Assembly (NCBI GenBank): GCA_005893225.1
Contig: VBOT01000029.1
Location: 1-59,954 of the forward strand
Origin: Candidatus Eiseniibacteriota bacterium
GTDB lineage: Bacteria; Eisenbacteria; RBG-16-71-46
DNA length: 59,954 bases
Direction: 5' to 3'
The notes under the pieces were generated by a model. The model had not been told where the DNA came from. It made no database searches and saw only the letters and a list, made by a program, of their open reading frames with translations. The position numbers were made by a program, and so were the translations under genes. Below are positions 54,096 to 59,954 of the stretch, piece by piece. How positions within the stretch are numbered: position 1 is the first letter of the stretch; each line of letters starts with the position of its first letter.

Positions 54096-54268
54096 GGGCT
54101 GCTGAGAACGCCCGATGGAGGACACCCGAGGGCCTCCGCGAGACCCGCGGCCTCCGACATCCTGTCTCCGGCTCGCTGACTCGCGACACGCGCTCCGGCT
54201 CCTCCTCCGCGCGCTGCGAGAGTCTCGTTACGGCCCTCGGGTGTCCTCCATCGGGCGTCTTCGACAGC
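54096..54268 (-). repeat. Rod-like palindromic intergenic element, copy B (inverted relative to copy A)
   Basis: The element fills the convergent gap between the aminotransferase and the UPF0104-like gene. It has perfect 27-bp arms (acgcccgatggaggacacccgagggcc / ggccctcgggtgtcctccatcgggcgt). The core is near-identical to copy A on the opposite strand. Confidence 0.8.
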
Positions 54269-54271
54269 CTG

Positions 54272-55276
54272 TCAGGTCACGCTCTCGCGAGCCTCTCCCA
54301 GCGATCGCAGCGTGAGTCCCTCGCGCCGCAAGTAGTAGAGCCCCACCAGCGAGACCGGCAGCCACTGCCCGGCCCAGTAGAACCACGAGAACGGCACCGC
54401 CCGCTCCTTGCCGACGGAGAACAGCGCCAGCCCCGCGACGCACGCCAGGTTCAGGGTCCCGACGTAGCCGGGGGCGGCCGGCACCATGATGCCGATCGCG
54501 GTGATCACGAGCATGATCAGCCCCCCGTACCACGGCACGCCGAGGCCCAGAGCCCACATCCCGACCTGGAGGCCCATCGCGAAGGCCAGGAACATGACGA
54601 ACGACAGCAGGAACACCCACAGCAGGCGCGGCAGGTCGCGGAACAGCCCGAGCCCTTCCACGAACTGCTGGAGCGCCTGCACCGCGCGGCGGCCGAAGCG
54701 CTCGGGCAGCGGCCGGGTGATCTTATCGACCAGGATGCCCAGCAGTCGCGGGCTGCGCTCGATCGCCACCAGGAAAGCGGTGAGGCCCACGCAGCTCAGC
54801 ACCAGCAGCCCCGCGCCGGCGCTGGTGAGGCGCCCCGCCTCGGTGCTCGCCGAGATTGGGTGGAGCAGCAGCGCGACGCCGAAGATCGCGAGCAGCGTGA
54901 TCATGTCCACCACGCGCTCGACCACCACGGTGGCGAACACCGTGGTCTTCGACAGGTTCTCGCGCCGGCCGAGCGCCCAGGCGCGCACGAACTCGCCGAC
55001 TCTCAGCGGAAACAGGTTGTTCGCCATGAACCCGATCATGGTCGCGCTGTAGAGGCTGTCGAGGCTCACCGGCCGGGGAGTGGAGAGCAGCCAGCGCCAG
55101 CGGAACGCCCGGATCCAGAACCCCAGCAGGGTCAGCCCCATCAAGGCGATGAACCCGCGGTAGTCGGCGCGCCGGAGGGCGTCCCACACCTCGGCCGGAC
55201 GCACCTCGCGCATCGCCCACCACACGCACGCCGCGGAGATGACGGTGCCGACGACGAGCTTGATCCTCGCGCTCAC
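54272..55276 (-). CDS. UPF0104 / lysylphosphatidylglycerol-synthase-TM-region-like (flippase-like) membrane protein
   Basis: The 334 aa contain about 8 TM segments and a RAFRWRWLL...NLFPLRVGEFVRA motif. The GTG start overlaps the TGA of the DUF2304 gene. Confidence 0.78.
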   Translation of the reverse strand: MSARIKLVVGTVISAACVWWAMREVRPAEVWDALRRADYRGFIALMGLTLLGFWIRAFRWRWLLSTPRPVSLDSLYSATMIGFMANNLFPLRVGEFVRAWALGRRENLSKTTVFATVVVERVVDMITLLAIFGVALLLHPISASTEAGRLTSAGAGLLVLSCVGLTAFLVAIERSPRLLGILVDKITRPLPERFGRRAVQALQQFVEGLGLFRDLPRLLWVFLLSFVMFLAFAMGLQVGMWALGLGVPWYGGLIMLVITAIGIMVPAAPGYVGTLNLACVAGLALFSVGKERAVPFSWFYWAGQWLPVSLVGLYYLRREGLTLRSLGEARESVT

Positions 55277-55641
55277 GCCCCCTCTCCCGGCCCGCCCCCT
55301 CGCTCGACCTCGTGCCTCAGCAGCGCCAGCTCGCGGACCACGATCTGGTGCTCCACGGTGAGCCGTGACAGCTTCACCGAAAGGTAGAGCAGCACCGCCA
55401 CGGCGAACGCCAGGCCGACGGCGAACACGGTCGAGCTCTCGAACAGCATTCCGAGAATGCGCGTGATGAGCCGGAGGAGCGGCGTGGAGAAGCCGAGCGC
55501 GGCGATCACGACGCTGGCAGCCATCCACAGCACCGAGAATTCCTCGCCCAGCCGGCGCCGGCGCACCAGCTCCAGAACGAACACCGCCAGACCGACCGCC
55601 GCGAGGGCGACGATGATCTGGGTACGAGAGATGAATTCCAC
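55273..55641 (-). CDS. DUF2304-like small membrane protein
   Basis: The 122 aa contain 3 TM segments followed by a helical tail. AAGGAAGG lies upstream of the GTG start. This family is a typical partner of GT2 genes. Confidence 0.7.
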   Translation of the reverse strand: MEFISRTQIIVALAAVGLAVFVLELVRRRRLGEEFSVLWMAASVVIAALGFSTPLLRLITRILGMLFESSTVFAVGLAFAVAVLLYLSVKLSRLTVEHQIVVRELALLRHEVERGGGPGEGA

Positions 55642-55663
55642 GGGAGCCTTCCTTGGGTGCGGG

Positions 55664-56434
55664 TCAAACGGGGCGCTGGATCCACGCCATGAGCGAGGCC
55701 AGCAGGTTCTTGTAGGGGTAGTAGATCGACTTGCCGAGGGTGTAGAAGGAGCGGCCGGCCGACCGCTCGCGCATGGAGACCGGCACCTCGCGCAGCCGGA
55801 AGCCGCGCCTCGCCAGCGCAATGAGGAGCGGGGCATCCGGGAAGTCCTTGGGAAAGTCGCGCTGGCACACCTCCATCACCTTCATGGCGTAGGCGCGAAG
55901 CCCCGAGGTGGTATCCGCGATCTTCTGCCGCAGCGCCAGCTTCACCACGCCCGAGAACACCAGCATCCCCAGGCGGCGCATGAGCGGGGCGCGGTAGCCG
56001 CTGGCGGTGACGTAGCGCGAGCCGATCGTGACGTCGCACTCGCCTTCCAGCACCGGCGCCACCAGCGCGTCCAGGAAGCGCGGGTCGTGCTGGCCGTCGG
56101 CGTCGAACTGGACTCCCACCTCGTAGCCGTGCTCGACCGCGTAGCGGAACCCGGTCTGGAGCGCCGCCCCGACCCCCAGGTTGACGGCGTGCCGCACCAC
56201 CTCGACGCCCCGGTCGAGGGCGAGCTTCGCGGTCGCGTCGCGCGATCCGTCGTCCACCACCAGCACGTCGTGCTCGGGCGCGTGGAGGCGCAGCTCGTCG
56301 AGCGTGCGCGGGAGGCTCCCCTGCTCGTTGAGCGCCGGGATGATGAGGAGCACGCGGCCGCGGCTCCTCCGGGTCGCCTGGCGCTCCGATCCGGGGCCCG
56401 CCTCGGGCCCGCTGCGCGGCCGGCGCGGGCTCAT
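55664..56434 (-). CDS. Glycosyltransferase family 2 (polyprenol-phosphate sugar synthase-like)
   Basis: The motifs LLIIPALNE, VVDDGSRD, FDADGQHDP and the later TSGLRAY are present. Confidence 0.85.
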   Translation of the reverse strand: MSPRRPRSGPEAGPGSERQATRRSRGRVLLIIPALNEQGSLPRTLDELRLHAPEHDVLVVDDGSRDATAKLALDRGVEVVRHAVNLGVGAALQTGFRYAVEHGYEVGVQFDADGQHDPRFLDALVAPVLEGECDVTIGSRYVTASGYRAPLMRRLGMLVFSGVVKLALRQKIADTTSGLRAYAMKVMEVCQRDFPKDFPDAPLLIALARRGFRLREVPVSMRERSAGRSFYTLGKSIYYPYKNLLASLMAWIQRPV

Positions 56435-57432
56435 GTGCCGCGCGAGCCGGCGGTCCGGCCGCCCGAGGTGTGGGGAGAAGCCGGCGTCGCTTCCAGCTCG
56501 GCGAGCACCGCCCCGGCGAAGAGCGGTATCAGGATCTCGTGGTGGCCCGTGAGGGCGTAGCCCCTGGCGCCGGCGGCCCTGGTCGGCCGCTCGACCACGT
56601 TCACGCGCGGGCGGTAGTGCTGGATCTGGTCGAAGTTGACGGTGGTGAGGTCCGAGAGGTCGGCCCCGAGGTTGCGCGCTACCGAGAGCGCCTTGAGGAA
56701 CACCTCGGGGAGGAGCACCGCCGAGCCCAGGTTGAGCACCACCGCGCCCCGCACCTCGGCCAGCGTCCGGGCCAGGATCCGGAAGTCCCGCATTGCGGTC
56801 TCGCCAAGCGCCGCGCCGTCGCAGCGCGGATGATGATGAACGGTGTCGGTTCCGATCGCGACGTGGACGGTGGCGGGGATGCTGAGGCGGTACGCCGCCG
56901 CGACCAGGCTCCGGGCGCGGTGAGGGGCCGGCTCCTCGTTCAGGGCGCGTCCCCAGCACTCCCCTAGCCCCTCGCCGCGCCGCGCCCCCTCGAGCATCGC
57001 CCCGTTCATGAAGTCACCGGTCTCATCCACCATCCCGAAACGTCCCTCGTGGAGGTGCGCCTCGACGTCCTCCGAGGTCCGGCCCATGCGGGCGATCTCG
57101 ACGTCGTGCAGCGCCGCCGCGCCGTTCATCGCCAGGTGGGTGATCACTCCGTGCTCCATGAGCGCCAAGAGGCAAGGCGACACGCCGACCTTGACCACGT
57201 GGCCGCCGCACATCGCCACCACCGGCCGGGAGGCGCGATGCGCCCGCACCACCCGCGCCACCACCTCGGGGAACGCCAGCCCGGCGAGCTGGCGCGGGAG
57301 CGACTCCAGCACCGCGCGCGCCGCCCTCGGATCGAGCGGGCGCGAGAAGTCCTCCACCCGGACCTTGGTCGGACGTTCGGCCGCCGGTCCGATCGCGAGG
57401 CGCGAGAAGTCGGCCTCCGGGTAGCGCCCCAT
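56431..57432 (-). CDS. Conserved hypothetical protein (Rossmann-like; family not confidently recognised)
   Basis: The 333 aa include VVAMCGGHVVKVGVSPCLLALMEHGVITHLAMNGAAALHDVEIA. The gene overlaps the downstream GT2 by ATGA. Confidence 0.65.
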   Translation of the reverse strand: MGRYPEADFSRLAIGPAAERPTKVRVEDFSRPLDPRAARAVLESLPRQLAGLAFPEVVARVVRAHRASRPVVAMCGGHVVKVGVSPCLLALMEHGVITHLAMNGAAALHDVEIARMGRTSEDVEAHLHEGRFGMVDETGDFMNGAMLEGARRGEGLGECWGRALNEEPAPHRARSLVAAAYRLSIPATVHVAIGTDTVHHHPRCDGAALGETAMRDFRILARTLAEVRGAVVLNLGSAVLLPEVFLKALSVARNLGADLSDLTTVNFDQIQHYRPRVNVVERPTRAAGARGYALTGHHEILIPLFAGAVLAELEATPASPHTSGGRTAGSRGT

Positions 57433-57434
57433 GG

Positions 57435-58301
57435 CTACGCTCCGTTCCGCGCTTCCTGCAGCACCACGCTGATCGAGCCGATCGCCACCTTGCTCTTCAT
57501 CAGCACCGGCATGCGGCGCTCGTCCTCGGTCATCCAGATCACCAGGCGCCCCTTGTTCTTGAAGATACCGCCCGCCTTGAGAAGCGGCTCGATCGCCACG
57601 CAGTCGAACGTGCCGGCCGGGGTATCCACCCGCTCGCGGCCCAGCACCTTGACCTCGAGAGGCTGGCTCTTCCGGCTGGCATGATAATCGAACACGATGC
57701 TGCCGCCGAGGGGCAGGGCCTGGAAGCGCGTGTAGTAGAAGGCCGAGAGGGCGTCCTGGACCTTGGAAGGGATGGGGAAGGTCTTGCCGTCCGCGTAGCG
57801 CGCCTCGTGACGCTCGTTGTCGAAGAGGATCTCGCTCTTCGTGCGGTAGCCGCCTTCGCGGCGGTTCTCCTGGTAGCGCCAGCTGAACCGCCCGTCCTTG
57901 TCCCACAGCGACTCGATCCGGTTCCGCACCTTGTAGAAGCGGCTGATGAAGGAGTTCGACTCGGCGCGCGCCACCAGCCGGTAGACGTTGCGGCCGTTCC
58001 AGTCCGAAAGCTGCGGGACCTCGAGGTAGGCGGTGCCCGCCTTGATGATGCCCCATTGCACCGAGAACTTGAGGGATTCGCCGGGCCGGAACGGCTGGCT
58101 CACCGCCGGCAGGACCTCGTGGCTTTCCGGCTGCGGCGTCGGGATCAGCGAGTCGGCCTCGCTCGTGTCCGCCGGCACGAGCGGCAGCGAGTCGGCGATC
58201 GGCGAGGCCGAGGCGCAGGCCGTGAAGGCGATCCAGGCCCCCACGCCCAGGACATGAAGCAGCGGGGCCCGGCTCGGGCGAGGGACGGCGTTGCGTTCCA
58301 T
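57435..58301 (-). CDS. DUF3108-like secreted/lipoprotein
   Basis: The signal/lipobox-like N-terminus is VLGVGAWIAFTACAS. The body resembles DUF3108 (GESLKFSVQWGIIKAGTAYLEV...GRLVIWMTEDERRMPV). Confidence 0.75.
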   Translation of the reverse strand: MERNAVPRPSRAPLLHVLGVGAWIAFTACASASPIADSLPLVPADTSEADSLIPTPQPESHEVLPAVSQPFRPGESLKFSVQWGIIKAGTAYLEVPQLSDWNGRNVYRLVARAESNSFISRFYKVRNRIESLWDKDGRFSWRYQENRREGGYRTKSEILFDNERHEARYADGKTFPIPSKVQDALSAFYYTRFQALPLGGSIVFDYHASRKSQPLEVKVLGRERVDTPAGTFDCVAIEPLLKAGGIFKNKGRLVIWMTEDERRMPVLMKSKVAIGSISVVLQEARNGA

Positions 58302-58532
58302 CAGCCGGCTAGATTACGCAAGGGCGGTGCCGCGTTTCCACGAGCGGCGGCGACGGCCCGCAAGCTTCTCGGACACGCTCGATTGGGGACTCGCGCCGGC
58401 TCGGGCCTGCAGCCTTTCTTCCGACCCCGGGCCGCGACCCGAGGGCCCGCCGCCTCGGTGCGTGGCGGCTCGGCCACCGGCCTTCCGCACGTCGGACGAG
58501 TGGCCGCGAAGCGCGGGCACCCCCTCGCTTTC

Positions 58533-59828
58533 CTACGCCGCCGCCCCGAACGCGCTGCCGACAGGCCAGTGCTCCTCGGTGATCTCGCCTCCCGGCGCCG
58601 GCCCGAGCGCGGTCAACACGAAGCCCTCCGGGTCGAGGAAGCGCCGCGCCAGGGCGGCGACCTGGTCGTGAGACACCGCCTCGATCTGCGCCGCCTGCTC
58701 GTCGGGAGGCGTGTAGCCGCCGCAGTAGAGCTCCTCGTGGGCGAGGTGGTACATGCGGTTCGACACGCTCTCCTGGCCCATCACGACGCTGCCCTTGAGC
58801 TGGGATCGCGCCGAGGAGACCTCCTCCTCGGTCGGCCCCTGCTCGCGCAACCGGATCAGCTCCTCGCGCACGCGGGCGAGCGCCTCCCGGCCCCGCTGCG
58901 GCGATACGCCGAGGTGAATCGAGATCATCCCCGCGTCGCGGTGGAAGTCGGTGGCGGAGTAGACCGAGTAGGCGAGCCCGGCTTCCTCGCGCACGCTCTG
59001 GAACAGCCGCGAGCTCATGCCGCCGCCGAGCAGGGTATTGAGCACCACCAGCGGGTAGCGGTCCGGATCCCGGTACTGGAACCCCCGGGTGGCGAGCGAG
59101 AGGTAGAGCTGCTGCAGGTCGGTGCGCACCACGTGCTGGACGCTCGGCCGGAACGGCGGAGGGGACTGGGAGAGCGGGAGCGGCTCGCCGTCGGGGGCCG
59201 CGAAGCTTGCCCCCGCCAGATCGACGAGCTGCTGGTGCTCGAGCGCCCCCGCGGCCGAGATCACCAGGTGCTCGGACCGGTAGCGGCTCTGGAAGTAGCT
59301 CCTGAGCGCCGTCGTGCCGATCCCCTCGAGCGTCTCGACGGTGCCCAGGATGGGCCGGCCGAGCTCGTGCCCGCTCCACACCTGGGCGGACAGGAGCTCG
59401 TTCACCTTGTCGTCGGGACTGTCCTCGGCGGCGTAGATCTCCTCCCGCACCACCGACTTCTCGCGCACCACCTCGGCCTCGGCGAAGCGCGAGCAGCAGA
59501 CGATGTCGGAGAGCACGTCCACCACCGCGGGGAGGTGCTCGGACAGCGTGCGGGCGTAGTAGCACACCTGCTCGCGGGCGGTGAAGGCGTCCAGGTGACC
59601 CCCCAGCGACTCGAGGCTCTGCGCGATCGCCCGGGCGTCGCGCCGCTCGGTGCCCTTGAACATCATGTGCTCGATGAAGTGCGAGATGCCGAGCTTGTCG
59701 GCGGGCTCGTCGCGCGCCCCGTTGCGCACCCACACCCCGGCCGCGACCGAGCGGCGATGCGGCAGCTTCTCGGTGACCACGGTGATCCCCGAGGGAAGCA
59801 CGGACTTGTGGAAATCGAAGTCGGTCAT
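58533..59828 (-). CDS. M16-family zinc peptidase (insulinase-like)
   Basis: The HxxEH motif is in GISHFIEHMMFKGT, and the downstream E is in REEIYAAED. The typical two-domain length is present. Confidence 0.88.
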   Translation of the reverse strand: MTDFDFHKSVLPSGITVVTEKLPHRRSVAAGVWVRNGARDEPADKLGISHFIEHMMFKGTERRDARAIAQSLESLGGHLDAFTAREQVCYYARTLSEHLPAVVDVLSDIVCCSRFAEAEVVREKSVVREEIYAAEDSPDDKVNELLSAQVWSGHELGRPILGTVETLEGIGTTALRSYFQSRYRSEHLVISAAGALEHQQLVDLAGASFAAPDGEPLPLSQSPPPFRPSVQHVVRTDLQQLYLSLATRGFQYRDPDRYPLVVLNTLLGGGMSSRLFQSVREEAGLAYSVYSATDFHRDAGMISIHLGVSPQRGREALARVREELIRLREQGPTEEEVSSARSQLKGSVVMGQESVSNRMYHLAHEELYCGGYTPPDEQAAQIEAVSHDQVAALARRFLDPEGFVLTALGPAPGGEITEEHWPVGSAFGAAA

Positions 59829-59874
59829 CGACGATCCACGCTCGGAAGTCTTCGCCGCGCGGCGATCAAACGCC

Positions 59875-59898
59875 GAGTGGCAGGTCGCCCTGCCACTC
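59875..59898 (-). terminator. Perfect 10-bp hairpin upstream of the M16 gene (likely terminator of the gene ending near 59925)
   Basis: The hairpin is gagtggcagg-tcgc-cctgccactc. In the minus sense it is followed by GGCGUUUGAU. Confidence 0.35.
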
Positions 59899-59954
59899 GC
59901 GCCGCGCGACCCCTACCCATGCGCCTCAGCGCCGCCGGCCCCGGTCGCGGTCAC

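Noticed and set aside
42314-54268. The two inverted palindromic elements considered as ends of a composite transposon or invertible segment.
   Set aside because: There is no transposase, recombinase or integrase between or beside them. Each copy exactly fills a convergent intergenic gap, which fits a dispersed REP-like or terminator element better. The idea is retained only as something to check.
58302-58532. The 230-nt gap between the DUF3108 and M16 peptidase genes, examined for a small gene or another TGA-interrupted ORF.
   Set aside because: The ORFs there (58314..58520 -, 58291..58671 +) are R/G-rich with no motif, RBS or read-through signature. Nothing is supportable.

Overview
This is a high-GC bacterial chromosomal window that is densely coded, mostly on the minus strand. 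Many adjacent genes overlap by 1-4 nt (ATGA/GTGA), which I used to place starts. The six-frame track is full of long antisense shadow ORFs, so I called genes only where I recognise conserved protein motifs or clear signal/TM features.

Contents:
- Central metabolism: add, an ALDH7-like dehydrogenase, GTP-PEPCK, folE, aspartate kinase, glgA and a GalT-like gene.
- tRNA: one tRNA-Gly(GCC).
- Envelope polysaccharide clusters: a Wza/Wzz/Wzy-type operon at 27.5-39.1 kb, a nucleotide-sugar/flippase/aminotransferase cluster at 45-54 kb, and a GT2/DUF2304/UPF0104 module at 54-58 kb.
- Secreted proteins: two carry T9SS-type (FlgD-Ig-like) C-terminal domains.
- Signalling genes: FHA-GAF-PP2C, a stand-alone Hpt, and a 1718-aa Ser/Thr kinase-STAND-TPR-GAF-EBP fusion.

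Most notable observations:
1. Two selenoprotein genes are invisible to the ORF track because of in-frame TGA codons: a SelW/Rdx-like gene with CxxU, and a secreted thioredoxin-fold/TPR gene with UxxC.
2. A three-gene cassette of unknown function (small secreted protein, Walker-A-less EBP-like AAA+ core, 203-aa unknown) sits behind a visibly AT-rich spacer with tandem palindromes. It lies next to the giant kinase-EBP, whose GAFTGA loop is degenerate.
3. Two inverted copies of a roughly 170-nt rod-like palindromic element each fill a convergent intergenic gap.
4. A decayed SPFH/stomatin pseudogene sits next to an intact nfeD.

I saw no transposase, integrase, CRISPR array or rRNA. All homology statements come from motif recognition by eye, not database searches.
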